From: an uncultured Planctomycetaceae bacterium
GTDB taxonomy: Bacteria > Planctomycetota > Planctomycetia > Pirellulales > Thermoguttaceae
Length of the DNA: 64,000 nt
NCBI GenBank assembly: GCA_964472545.1
Contig: CAYYNP010000011.1
Location: 1-64,000, forward strand
Direction: 5' to 3'
Part shown: positions 17,891 through 27,273 of the stretch, piece by piece
How the letters are laid out: each line of letters opens with the position of its first letter
How positions within the stretch are numbered: position 1 is the stretch's first letter
Position numbers and translations under genes: made by a program
The notes under the pieces: generated by a model
Databases searched by the model: none
The model's input: the letters and a program-made list of their open reading frames with translations, nothing else
What the model was told of the DNA's origin: nothing

Positions 17891-18368
17891 GTCCGGATTC
17901 CTCTCTAGACACTAGCCACGCAGAAGCCGCAAGAATCTGACGGGAAATCTGCGGGAATTCTGCAGGGTTACTCCTGACTGAGAACGCCAGGGCCTCGTCT
18001 TAACCCATTTTGGCAAAGCCCGGAGCCTCGGGCAAGCTGTCGAAACTCCGGCAAACGTCGCTCGAAACTGCTCGGAGCCGAGCGCCCGAGGTTCGGGTGT
18101 GTGATTAGGCTGCTCGGGGCCTTTGCCGCGATTCTAGGTGGCTGTGGGCGTCGTGAGTGAAGGCGTCTGCACCAAGCCACCAGCCGCGAGCCGTCAAAAT
18201 CGATGCTTGAGGGTGGGAGGCACCGGCGGCTGGGCTTGGCCTCTCGTACCGGGACGCAGAATACCACGTCGCTCGAGCCGGGGCTGAGGCCAGGCCGTGG
18301 GCGTCGGCGCCTTCGTCGGCAGGCACGTGCCACCGTTCGATCGACCTCCGCTCGCTTGACTTGCTTGC

Positions 18369-19640
18369 TTACTCCGCCGGAACTTGGGCACAACGGAAAC
18401 CAATGCTGCCGACCCGGCTGTCGGGCCCGCCGCGGGAGCGGTTCGCCGAACGTGCGGGCCGCGCGTAGCCGCGCCAGGTCCCGCCACGCAACACCCGGTT
18501 GCCGCCCGTAGAAGGTCCCGTGGGATCAACTGTCGGAGAATTCGCATAGTAATCTCGATCATACCAGTCGGCACACCATTCCCACATGTTTCCGTGCATT
18601 TCGTAAAGCCCCCAGCCGTTTGGCTTCTTCCGACCAACACGATGCGCAAATTGCCCCGCGGGCCATTCGTCATACCAAGCGTAGTTGCCCGAGGCCAATG
18701 GATCGTCGCCAAAGCAAAAGCGCGTAGTGCTTCCCGCACGGCAGGCATACTCCCACTCTGCCTCCGTTGGCAAACGATAGGTACAGCCCTCGCTGGCCGA
18801 CAGGTTCTCGCAGAACGCCACCGCATCCTCCCAACTCACCATCGTTGCCGGGTAATCCGGTCCCTCGTTTCCCCGCAGCTTACCCTTCCACGGGCAAACG
18901 CCCATCACCGCCGCGTACTGCTCCTGCGTCACCTCATGGACGCCCAGATAGAACGGCTTCGTGATCCGCACACGATGCTGTGGCCTCTCGTTGGCGCCGG
19001 CCTCTAAGTCCGAATCGGGCGAGCCCATCATAAACTCGCCCGCCGGGATTAACACGAACCGCATCCCGATCGAGTTGGTCTGCTCCTGAAGCCGCCAGAC
19101 CTTACAGTTGGGCAGCGTTGATTCCAACTGCCGTACGCCCTGGTCGGTCACCTGCGTATGCGTCAGGTACAACTGCTGAAGTTCCTCAAGGTTCTCAAGA
19201 TGCCTGACACCTTCGTCGCCGACGCTCGTTCCGCTGAGGCCGACGGTCTTGAGCTTCCGCAACCCGGCGAGATGTTCTATGCCCGTGTCGGTGACCTCCT
19301 CGCCCGAAACGAAGACGCGCTCCAACCGCGGCATGCGGCCGAGAAGCGCCACCGCATCGTCCGAAGCCCCCGGCGGCGAATCGACGGCCACGGCATTGAG
19401 GAACATCTCGTCGCCAAAGAGTCTCCGCTGCCAAGCGGCGCCGGAGGGCGTAGGATCACACGTTACCACCCATCCCAGTTCGCGGAGCGTCTCGATCGCC
19501 GCCCGCTGTTGCCTTGCTCGATGGACGGGAACCACCAACACGCCCATCACAACGCACGCCAGCGTTACAACAACAATCAGCGTCCGCAGGCTGAACTGAT
19601 ACCAGCGGCGTCTCGGTCTCGGCGGGCGGAAATCGCTCAT
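18369..19640 (-). CDS. Membrane-anchored leucine-rich-repeat protein fused to a C-terminal FGE-sulfatase domain.
   Basis: N-terminal TM anchor LRTLIVVVTLACVVMGVLVV. LRR-like segments (LERVFVSGEEVTDTGIEHLAGLRKLKTVGLSGTSVGDEGVRHLENLEELQQLYLTHTQVTD). The FGE fold has RLPTEAEWEYACRAG, GNMWEWCADWY and VLRGGTW, with no Cys pair after it. Confidence 0.8.
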   Translation of the reverse strand: MSDFRPPRPRRRWYQFSLRTLIVVVTLACVVMGVLVVPVHRARQQRAAIETLRELGWVVTCDPTPSGAAWQRRLFGDEMFLNAVAVDSPPGASDDAVALLGRMPRLERVFVSGEEVTDTGIEHLAGLRKLKTVGLSGTSVGDEGVRHLENLEELQQLYLTHTQVTDQGVRQLESTLPNCKVWRLQEQTNSIGMRFVLIPAGEFMMGSPDSDLEAGANERPQHRVRITKPFYLGVHEVTQEQYAAVMGVCPWKGKLRGNEGPDYPATMVSWEDAVAFCENLSASEGCTYRLPTEAEWEYACRAGSTTRFCFGDDPLASGNYAWYDEWPAGQFAHRVGRKKPNGWGLYEMHGNMWEWCADWYDRDYYANSPTVDPTGPSTGGNRVLRGGTWRGYARPARSANRSRGGPDSRVGSIGFRCAQVPAE

Positions 19641-19661
19641 CGTCGTCCGACCTGCACTTAC

Positions 19662-20666
19662 CTACTTGCCCTGGCTGGCTGGAACTGCGGCCACACGAAA
19701 GCCCAGGTCGTTGTCCCGGCCCTCAGGCACGGACCCGTAACGAAACGCCGAGCGGCAGTACCTGGCGTAGCGGTTCCAGCAACCGCCCCGGAACACCCGG
19801 CCGGAGGCCGTAGTCGGCCCGGGCGGATCGTTCATTGGCGACTTCCCATAGTACTCCTCGTCGTACCAGTCCTGGCACCACTCCCACACGTTGCCGTGCA
19901 TGTCGTACAGACCGAGATCATTGGGGCGGAAACTGCCAACCGGAGACGTGAACACGTAGCCGTCATTCGAGGTGATCGCGAAATCCGCCGTTGGCAGTCT
20001 CTGCTTCAGCGAAGCGTCCGCCACGTTCCCGACCGCCGCCAGGTCTTCTGTGCCGTCCCCGTGGTAGAAGCGTGTCGTCGTTCCCGCTCGACACGCATAC
20101 TCCCACTCCGCTTCCGTGGGCAAACGATACGCCCGACCCTCGTTCTTGCTCAGCCAAGCGCAAAAAGCCACCGCATCGTTCCAACTCACGTTCACCACGG
20201 GGTGGTTATCTGCCTGGGCAAAGCCGAGATTCCGCCACGTGTACTCTGGGCCAGAGTCAAGCTCACCCTCCGCGTCATTCCATCCGTAGCCGCCCTCTCC
20301 GTCCTTCTCGGCCTCGGTCTTGTAGTCGGTATCGTCAACGAATCGCCGGAACTCGCTCACCGTCACTTCGTACATGCCCAGGTAGAACGGTTTCGTGATC
20401 CGTACCTGGTGTTGCGTCTCATCATCGAAGCGTTCTTCTTCCGATGCCGGCGACCCCATCATGAACTCTCCTGCCGGGATGAGCACGAACTTCATGCCGA
20501 TCGAGTTGGTGAAGACCTTCTCCGTGGGGAAGGCTGCCTGTTTCTTTGCGGGAGGCACATTCCCGCCCGTGGCGGCTGCCTCTCCCGTCGGCCCCGTCGC
20601 GTCGGTCCCATCACCGCATCCCCCGGCAAGAACAGCCACCGCCAACCAGACTGCGAATAACCGCAT
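19662..20666 (-). CDS. Lipoprotein with FGE-sulfatase domain.
   Basis: Signal peptide plus lipobox MRLFAVWLAVAVLAGGC. RLPTEAEWEYACRAG, GNVWEWCQDWY, VFRGGCWNRYARYCRSAFRYG. Real start at the ATG at 20666; the upstream 28 codons of the track ORF are ignored. Confidence 0.8.
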   Translation of the reverse strand: MRLFAVWLAVAVLAGGCGDGTDATGPTGEAAATGGNVPPAKKQAAFPTEKVFTNSIGMKFVLIPAGEFMMGSPASEEERFDDETQHQVRITKPFYLGMYEVTVSEFRRFVDDTDYKTEAEKDGEGGYGWNDAEGELDSGPEYTWRNLGFAQADNHPVVNVSWNDAVAFCAWLSKNEGRAYRLPTEAEWEYACRAGTTTRFYHGDGTEDLAAVGNVADASLKQRLPTADFAITSNDGYVFTSPVGSFRPNDLGLYDMHGNVWEWCQDWYDEEYYGKSPMNDPPGPTTASGRVFRGGCWNRYARYCRSAFRYGSVPEGRDNDLGFRVAAVPASQGK

Positions 20667-20757
20667 GATGAACCTCCCACCCGAAAGCACCCTTGGCCAC
20701 GCCGGCCAGTCTACCACACCTCGCGGCCGCGGGAGAAGGACCTTGGGCATGTGGCCG

Positions 20758-21750
20758 TCAACGCCGGCGACGATACCAGATCAGGCCGGCCAGGGTGGCG
20801 AAGGGCAGGAGGGCGAGGGTGCCGGGCTCGGGGATGCTGGCGACGCGGAAGCCTATGCCGCGGTTCTCGTCCGTCGGGGTGCCGGCGTAGCCGCGGGAGT
20901 AGGCGCGCAAGATGCTGGAACTGTAGGCCCAAAGGCCGCCACGCAAGCCACGCGACGAACCGGCGGCGTAGCCGGGGTCGTCGTACGGACTCTCCGTCCA
21001 CTCCTGGTTGTTGCCCATCATGTCGAACGTACCGTTGAGTTCTTCACTGCCGCTGCCGACATCCCATGAGCTACCCGGATCGGTGGCGTATCCACCGTGC
21101 CTGTAGTTCCAGCCCGTACCGTTCGTCCCGTCACCCTGATGCAGCGTGTCACCAGGCTTCGTCGCGTACCCCTGAATTTCAGACCCGTTCCAGTACGCCG
21201 CCTTGAACCATTCGTCGTCCGTCGGCAGGAAGTAGAAGGCGTCCTTGTGCCGATACAGATTCGTGCCCCCGGCGGCCTCGGCGGCGCTCCAAGTGGCCAG
21301 AGCGTAGTCCGGCCCTCCCTGCGTGCCGGTGAACTTGTATGCGGGCAGATGACCCTCACTCGTGTTCAGCCAGTTGACCATCTGTGCCGCTTCGTACCAA
21401 CTCACATTGTTGGTCGGAACGTTCGTGCCCGTGTGAGTGGCACTCGAATTATACGCGATTGACGGATTGCCCTTCGGTGTGCCGTCGATGGCGACGAACT
21501 TGTTCCACTGGTCGTTTGTGATTTCGTACACGCCCATGCGATAGCTGTTGTTGACGATGCCGAAACCATCAAGACCGCCCTCGTTCGTCTGTGCAACCGT
21601 CGGGTTCGTGCTGGCGGAGATGTCCACGAAGTCGATCGTGAACTGATTCACCCCCGTGCCGAAGGTATCGGCCTGGGCAGGCGAGGTGAGGGCCATCACG
21701 GCTATTGCGGCCACGACAACGCCGGACCGATGTGAACGCCTCTTGAGCAT
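20758..21750 (-). CDS. Divergent FGE-sulfatase-like domain protein with a PEP-CTERM anchor.
   Basis: Signal peptide VVVAAIAVMALTSPAQA. Degenerate FGE-like blocks (NVSWYEAAQMVNWL, LPTDDEWFKAAYW, GNNQEWTESPY, GLRGGLWAY, GIGFRVASIPEPGTLALLPFATLAGLIWYRRRR). Confidence 0.65.
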   Translation of the reverse strand: MLKRRSHRSGVVVAAIAVMALTSPAQADTFGTGVNQFTIDFVDISASTNPTVAQTNEGGLDGFGIVNNSYRMGVYEITNDQWNKFVAIDGTPKGNPSIAYNSSATHTGTNVPTNNVSWYEAAQMVNWLNTSEGHLPAYKFTGTQGGPDYALATWSAAEAAGGTNLYRHKDAFYFLPTDDEWFKAAYWNGSEIQGYATKPGDTLHQGDGTNGTGWNYRHGGYATDPGSSWDVGSGSEELNGTFDMMGNNQEWTESPYDDPGYAAGSSRGLRGGLWAYSSSILRAYSRGYAGTPTDENRGIGFRVASIPEPGTLALLPFATLAGLIWYRRRR

Positions 21751-21788
21751 GCTTATGCCTCATCGAAAACCATTGATTGCGAAATACC

Positions 21789-22619
21789 CTAACGCAACGA
21801 CCGCTTACGTCTGCGCCAGCCGTAAGTGGCCAGGCCGATGGCGCCGACGGCGGCGAGGAGGGCGAGGGTGGAGGGCTCGGGGATGGCGGCAACACGAATC
21901 CCGTCAATCCAGACCTGTTGGTTGCTCAGGTAGTTCAGGTGATTGATGGACGCCATGTTGCTGCGGAAACGTAGCGGGGTAGGAGAACTGAAACGCTGGT
22001 CATCGACGTAGAACTCGTAGGTGCGCGTCGTGGGGTCGATCAGCAAGCTGACCTTCTGCCACTCCATGGGCGTCACGGCGAATCCCGTATCGAGCGAAGT
22101 GCCCCCGCCGGCGCCGTTCCCGTCCAGGGCGCGGAAGTGGCCACCTCCGACCGCCCAGGCAACCGCCGTGCTCGCCACAGTCCCACCGGTCCCGATACGC
22201 CCTCCAAAGGGCGTCGACCCGCTGGTGATCTTCACGTACTGCTCGACCCAGAAGGGCGTGGTCTGGTTGACGTCCCAGTAGCGCCACGCACCGACTTGAC
22301 CGGACGCAGTCCCCCGCAGGCGCAAATCACCGTCGCCCTTGTGAGCGTCGAGATCGGCAATTGCCTGCACGGTACCCGTGCTTACCGCCCAGCCGTTGTC
22401 CTTCCACGAGCCCCAAGTATTCGTGCCCCACCCCGGTTCGCTCTGACCCTGGCCCCAGAGATTCGCGTTGAGTTGGTAGTAGTCCGAATCGAAATCGGCG
22501 GCCGCGATGGTCTCTCCCGTTGTCAATGGGACACCCAACGCCGTATTCCATGCGGGCAGGAGTAGCGTCACCGTTGCCGTTGCGACGAACGTGCCAAGCT
22601 TACAGATTGGCGGATACAT
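21789..22619 (-). CDS. PEP-CTERM sorting-domain secreted protein.
   Basis: N-terminal signal peptide. C-terminal AAIPEPSTLALLAAVGAIGLATYGWRRRKRSLR. Confidence 0.65.
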   Translation of the reverse strand: MYPPICKLGTFVATATVTLLLPAWNTALGVPLTTGETIAAADFDSDYYQLNANLWGQGQSEPGWGTNTWGSWKDNGWAVSTGTVQAIADLDAHKGDGDLRLRGTASGQVGAWRYWDVNQTTPFWVEQYVKITSGSTPFGGRIGTGGTVASTAVAWAVGGGHFRALDGNGAGGGTSLDTGFAVTPMEWQKVSLLIDPTTRTYEFYVDDQRFSSPTPLRFRSNMASINHLNYLSNQQVWIDGIRVAAIPEPSTLALLAAVGAIGLATYGWRRRKRSLR

Positions 22620-22785
22620 TGCGTGCCTCCTTTGAACTTACAGGTGACTTCTCGCCTTGGAATGAAGTACAGACGGACAATCTCCGCGCTGGGAAGACTC
22701 AAGGAAACTTGACCCGCAGCCGCACGGATCACTTCGACACGCCAGACGATCATCACGGACAAAACCGCAACGTCAGATTGCGTGT

Positions 22786-22950
22786 CGGGAAAGCTGCCTC
22801 GTGGTGGAGTTATCGTGCCTCGGGCAGATACTCGTGAACTCGGAACGCCTGTTACGCTACCACGGCCGTGGACCGTGGTCAACGAAGTTCTTTGGGCGTG
22901 GGGCGGATTCTCGAAGAACGGCCCTGGCGGGGGGGCTGCTGGCATCCACG
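22786..22950. repeat. Copy B of the ~165-nt element seen at 1..165. It lies ~165 nt upstream of the minus-strand PEP-CTERM gene start at 22619.
   Basis: Alignment by eye. Identical 34-mer ggaaagctgcctcgtggtggagttatcgtgcctc, then blocks with substitutions. A palindrome ccacggccgtgg is present in copy B only. Confidence 0.55.
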
Positions 22951-23284
22951 ATTCTGGGCCGCGTTTCAAGAGACAGCCGATTCTGGCTCGGACCAGTGGA
23001 TGCTGGCCCTTGAGGTTCGACATGTAAGGAACGGCGATTCCGGCAGGCGGTTCAGCTTGCCTCCGGCCAATGTCGGGCAGGGCGTTTTTCTCGAAGCCAA
23101 GGAGCCGGTCGGATGGCCGCCCAGCCGCGAATGGAATCCAGAGTGAACTGGCCCAAGCTGATCACGAAGAGGATCGCCGACCTGCCCACAGCAGGCCAAC
23201 CACGGCCGGCCAACGACGGGAGAGCTCTTACCTGCTGGAACAACGGACCTTGACACGGCGCACCTCGGCCAGCGCACAAAGCAC

Positions 23285-23300
23285 AAAGTGGTATGTGGTA
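23285..23300 (+). promoter_or_regulatory. Candidate extended -10 promoter element (tggtataat) upstream of ggt.
   Basis: A TGnTATAAT-like sequence stands out in an otherwise GC-rich region, ~90 nt upstream of the ggt ATG at 23392. No well-spaced -35 was found (ttgaca lies 43 nt upstream). Confidence 0.25.
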
Positions 23301-23391
23301 TAATGCCGTCGGGCAGTCTATCCTGGCACCGAGACAACCGGACGACGGCGTGTCGAGAGGAACCTGGCGAACTCTTGCGGAGTGACAAAAG

Positions 23392-25137
23392 ATGAAACGA
23401 CGTTCGTTCCTGAAGATCACCGGAAGCGCCTGTGCATCGGCCCTGATGGCATCGCCGGCCACCCCGGCCGGTGGCCGCGAGAGTCGTTCCGGCCGGCGCG
23501 AGGTGCCTTTGGAACGCGGGATGGTGGAATCCAGAAACCAGAACCGGTCGACCGTGGTTTCTCGCGGCGGAATGGTGTGTGCCAGCCAGCCGTTGGCCGC
23601 AATGGCAGGAGTCGACGTGCTCAAGGCCGGCGGCACCGCGGTCGACGCGGCCGTGTGTGCCAATGCCGTGCTCAGCGTAGTCGAACCGATGATGTGCGGG
23701 CCCGGCGGCGATCTGTTCGCGATCGTGTGGAGTGAAAAGGACAAGAGGTCGTACGGCCTGAACGCCAGCGGCCGCTCGCCGTACGGCTGGTCTCTGGAAG
23801 ACGCGGCGAAACTCGCCCTGAAGGAGATTCCCACGCTCAGCCCGCTCTCCTGGAGCGTGCCGGGCTGCGTTAGCGGCTGGGAGGCCCTGTTGAAACGCTT
23901 CGGCAAGTTCACGCTGGGCAAAGTCCTTCAGCCGGCGATCGCCTATGCTCGCGACGGATTTGCCGTTTCGCCGGTCATCGCTCGTGACTGGTCGATCGAT
24001 CCCCAGAAGGACCGCCTTCTGGCCCCGACGTATCTCCCGGACGGGAAGCCGGTCCGCTTCGGCGACGTCTTCAAGAACCCCGACATGGCGGGCTTCTTCG
24101 AGATCCTTGCCGCCGGCGGGGAAGGGGCCTTCTATCGGGGCGAAATCGCCGAGCGAATCGTCAAGTTCTCCCAGGCGCATGGCGGCCGGTTCTCGATGCG
24201 CGACTTTCGCGATCACCGCGCCGACTGGGTCGAACCGGTCAGCACCGATTACCGCGGCTACGACGTCTTCGAGTTGCCTCCCAACGGCCAGGGAATCGCC
24301 ACGCTGCAAATCTTGAACCTGCTCGAGCACTTCGACGTCAAAGAACTCGAGCCCAACGGAGCCGAGCATCTGCATCTGCTGATCGAGGCGAAGAAGCTGG
24401 CCTTCGAGGATCGGGCCGTCTACTACGCCGACATGGACTTCGCCCGAGTGCCGGTCGAAGAACTGATCTCGAAGGAGTACGCTCGAGAGCGGGTCAAACT
24501 GATCGATCCGCGGCGTGCCGCCCAGTCGGTGGCCCCGGGGCGGCTGCGAAGCGAGGCCGACACGACCTACCTGACGACGGCCGACCGGTACGGCAACATG
24601 GTGTCGCTCATCCAGAGCGTCTATTACGGCTGGGGCTCGCGCTACGTGCCCGACGGACTGGGCTTCTGCCTGCAGAACCGGGGACGGCTCTTCTCGCTGG
24701 ATCCGCACGCGCCGAATCGGCTCGAGCCACACAAACGGCCGTTCCACACGATCATTCCGGCGCTGGTGACCCGCGGTGGCAGGCCCGTCTTGTCTTTCGG
24801 CGTGATGGGCGGCGACTTCCAGCCGCAGGGGCAGTCTCAGGTCCTGATGAACTTGATCGATTTCGGCATGTCGGTCCAGCAGGCGGGCGAACAGCCTCGG
24901 GTGGCCCATTTCGAGAGTTCGACACCCACCGGGGGGAAGATGGCCGGGCCGGGCAGCATCGGCCTGGAACGCCATCATCGCGACGCCGTCCGCGCGCGGC
25001 TTGCGGCCATGGGCCACACGGTTCGGGCCGGCGTGGGCGTCTTCGGCGGCTACCAGGGTATCTGGCGCGAGGAAGACCCGCGACGCTACTTCGGCGGTTC
25101 CGATCCCCGCAAGGACGGCTGCGCGTTGGGATACTGA
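23392..25137 (+). CDS. ggt: Gamma-glutamyltransferase with a Tat-type signal peptide.
   Basis: MKRRSFLKITGSACASAL (twin-arginine). GGT family blocks CGPGGDLFAIV, the catalytic-threonine region TTYLTTADRYGNMVSLIQS, and GGDFQPQGQSQVLMNL. Confidence 0.9.
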   Translation: MKRRSFLKITGSACASALMASPATPAGGRESRSGRREVPLERGMVESRNQNRSTVVSRGGMVCASQPLAAMAGVDVLKAGGTAVDAAVCANAVLSVVEPMMCGPGGDLFAIVWSEKDKRSYGLNASGRSPYGWSLEDAAKLALKEIPTLSPLSWSVPGCVSGWEALLKRFGKFTLGKVLQPAIAYARDGFAVSPVIARDWSIDPQKDRLLAPTYLPDGKPVRFGDVFKNPDMAGFFEILAAGGEGAFYRGEIAERIVKFSQAHGGRFSMRDFRDHRADWVEPVSTDYRGYDVFELPPNGQGIATLQILNLLEHFDVKELEPNGAEHLHLLIEAKKLAFEDRAVYYADMDFARVPVEELISKEYARERVKLIDPRRAAQSVAPGRLRSEADTTYLTTADRYGNMVSLIQSVYYGWGSRYVPDGLGFCLQNRGRLFSLDPHAPNRLEPHKRPFHTIIPALVTRGGRPVLSFGVMGGDFQPQGQSQVLMNLIDFGMSVQQAGEQPRVAHFESSTPTGGKMAGPGSIGLERHHRDAVRARLAAMGHTVRAGVGVFGGYQGIWREEDPRRYFGGSDPRKDGCALGY

Positions 25138-25330
25138 CCGGCGGGCGTGGTAGGGCAGGGATGAGGATGATCCTACCGGCGCGAAGCTGTCCTTCCAAGA
25201 ATGCAATCTTCTTACGACACCGAGTGGACTGGCGTGGACGAGGGCATCGAATAGGTCGTCGCGTTTCTTCTCTGAGCGCGCTCGACGGTTCGGTAGTACC
25301 TCATTGCGGCTAATCTTGGCAGTTGGGGTG

Positions 25331-25418
25331 GCTGGGGCAAAGCGCAGCGGTGCCCCAGGTTGGCAGCCCTTTCGCAGCCCGTGAGTCACTGGGGCACCGC
25401 TGCGCTTTGCCCCAGCTA
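25331..25418. terminator. 28-bp perfect inverted repeat (gctggggcaaagcgcagcggtgccccag / ctggggcaccgctgcgctttgccccagc) with a 32-nt spacer. Likely a bidirectional terminator or REP-like element.
   Basis: Seen in sequence. Lies between convergent ggt (ends 25137) and the minus-strand ORF ending at 25445. Shares the gggtggctgggg / ccccagc(c/t)accc core with the hairpin at 59521..59645. Confidence 0.6.
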
Positions 25419-25444
25419 CCCACAAGATAAGCTGCAAGGCGGCA

Positions 25445-25825
25445 CTAGCCCTCACCCTCCTCCAGTTGTCGCATGTGGTCTTCGGGAGACGCGGGCCGTT
25501 TTCGCCGGCGTTTGGGTCGGACACATTCCGGGGCGAGCTTGCCGTCTTCGACGCCGTCGACCAGATCGACCTTCTTCACCATCCGGGCGATCTCTTCCTG
25601 AGTCAGCACGCCCTTGGCCATACAGGCCTCGGCGAGTGCCTGGATGAAGAGCAACGCCCGACCCAGATCGTCCTCGAGTTGACGCACGCGGTCGACGAGC
25701 TGAATCCCGGGATCGTTCGCCCGGCGGCGGCGGTATCGTTCGATCTTCTCGTCGATCGTCTCGCGGTAACGATCTCCAAAGTACTTGCTCATGGCATACC
25801 CGGTCCACATGGCTCTCCCTTTCAT
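25445..25825 (-). CDS. Hypothetical protein, 126 aa, charged and helical.
   Basis: Balanced composition (KIERYRRRRANDPGIQLVDRVRQLEDDLGRALLFIQALAEA) unlike the surrounding Arg/Pro-rich antisense ORFs. Followed by the 28-bp hairpin. Confidence 0.4.
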   Translation of the reverse strand: MKGRAMWTGYAMSKYFGDRYRETIDEKIERYRRRRANDPGIQLVDRVRQLEDDLGRALLFIQALAEACMAKGVLTQEEIARMVKKVDLVDGVEDGKLAPECVRPKRRRKRPASPEDHMRQLEEGEG

Positions 25826-26033
25826 CGAAGGTTCTGCGGGATGTCCCGGTCTGGGGGCACGGGCCGCTGCGCGGCGAGCCAGCCGGCCGGCAGTCCATGC
25901 CTCCCCGATGACCTCATGATACCAATCGAGCGGATGGTACAGTAGCGCAATAGCGAAGCCCGCCGGCGGTGGCCGACGGGCTTCTGCGGTGTGGGAGGTC
26001 TGCTGCGGTGCGCCGTGGTGCCGCCGGCAGAGC

Positions 26034-26843
26034 CTAGTTCGTGCTCACCTTGTCCTCTTCGCCGGGGCTGGCCTTGCGTTGCTCGGCCAGGGTGTTGGCC
26101 ATGGTCGTCAGTTGCATGCCGGCTTGCAGTTCCATGGGCGAGAAGAAGGGGTACGAGACGCCGTTGGCGCGGTTGATCCTCTTGGCGGCCAGTTCCTCGA
26201 AGCTCATGTCGTTGTTCAAATTCCAGGCAGCAACCTGGGCCGCCCGTTGGTCGATCCGGCCGGTGCCCAACATCCGCAGCAGTTCGTGAACCGGTTCACG
26301 ATCGGTGAACTCATCGACGGGGATGATCTTGTACTTCATCGCCGGCCGGGGCTCGGGCTTGCCGTGCTCGAGGCAAACCGTGGCGACTTGCAAGCGGCCG
26401 ACCTTCTCGGGCGGGATGTTCATCATCCCCATTCCCATGCCGCCCATGCCGCCCATCATTCCTCCGCCGCCCATCATTCCCCCGCCCATGCCCTGGCCGC
26501 CACCCATACCACCACGCCGACCGCCGCCACCACCCACGCCGCCTATGGGCTGGGCCAACACGGGCACACCGGCAAACGCCTCGGGCAGTTTGATGTTCAG
26601 CGGCTTCTTCGTCTTGTTCTCGATCAGCACGCGGGCTTGCTTCGAGTCGCGGGGGATCAACTTCACGTCGATCTGGTCCTGCTCGATTGCCGAGAAGAGC
26701 TCGACCGTTTCGTGATCGGGGTTGTATTGGCCCGGTTTGGGCGGCTTGGTCGGACGGTCACCCGCCACGGCAAGCGCCGGCAACACGATCAGCACCACGG
26801 CCAACAAAAGCCCCAACGATCGCCAACGCAGAGTCATCTTCAT
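26034..26843 (-). CDS. Secreted hypothetical protein with a Gly/Met-rich low-complexity segment.
   Basis: Signal peptide MKMTLRWRSLGLLLAVVLIVLPALAVAG from the ATG at 26843. Internal GGGGGRRGGMGGGQGMGGGMMGGGGMMGGMGGMGMGMM. Confidence 0.55.
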   Translation of the reverse strand: MKMTLRWRSLGLLLAVVLIVLPALAVAGDRPTKPPKPGQYNPDHETVELFSAIEQDQIDVKLIPRDSKQARVLIENKTKKPLNIKLPEAFAGVPVLAQPIGGVGGGGGRRGGMGGGQGMGGGMMGGGGMMGGMGGMGMGMMNIPPEKVGRLQVATVCLEHGKPEPRPAMKYKIIPVDEFTDREPVHELLRMLGTGRIDQRAAQVAAWNLNNDMSFEELAAKRINRANGVSYPFFSPMELQAGMQLTTMANTLAEQRKASPGEEDKVSTN

Positions 26844-27180
26844 ATTCCTCCGATAGGGAATCTCTGTCCGTGCGCAGCAGGAGCCTCCCGCCACTTCTCC
26901 ACACTCCTTCTAGAGTAACCGGCCAAGGCAAGAAAGCCAAGTAGAAAACGCCAGGGGAATGTGGGTGTGCTTCGGGGGCCTGGTTCATGCGTAATCTGGG
27001 GGGTGTCTGTGTAATACTATAGAGTGTTTTCTCGGGCACGTTTCCACGAAGACGTGCATTGCATTGTTCCGCGCGAAGAGCCGTGTTGGCTTGCCGAAAG
27101 AGACGCCTGCCGTGGGAGATAGGACAACCCCCTCTTTCGGGCTGATAGCCGTGAGGCCGCGGGCGGTGGGCATGCTATGG

Positions 27181-27209
27181 TTGACAAACTGCCCGGCGAA
27201 TCCTTACAT
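27181..27209 (+). promoter_or_regulatory. Candidate sigma70-like promoter for the pyrophosphatase gene (ttgaca, 17 nt, ttacat).
   Basis: Near-consensus -35 with 17-nt spacing to a weak -10. A purine-rich agaagg sits 8 nt before the ATG at 27274. Confidence 0.25.
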
Positions 27210-27273
27210 TGGCGGGTTTATATGATTTGGAAATCGCCGGTTCTAGGCCCCAGGAAAAAGAGAAGGTTGCACG

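Noticed and set aside
18194-18826. 210-aa minus-strand ORF with a FTKCTETCGNGVPTG segment.
   Set aside because: It overlaps the LRR-FGE gene 18369..19640 out of frame and is Arg/Ala/Pro-rich.
22966-25524. 852-aa minus-strand ORF.
   Set aside because: It is entirely antisense to the well-supported ggt gene at 23392..25137 and is Arg/Pro/Gly-rich with no motifs. This is a typical long antisense ORF in high-GC DNA.
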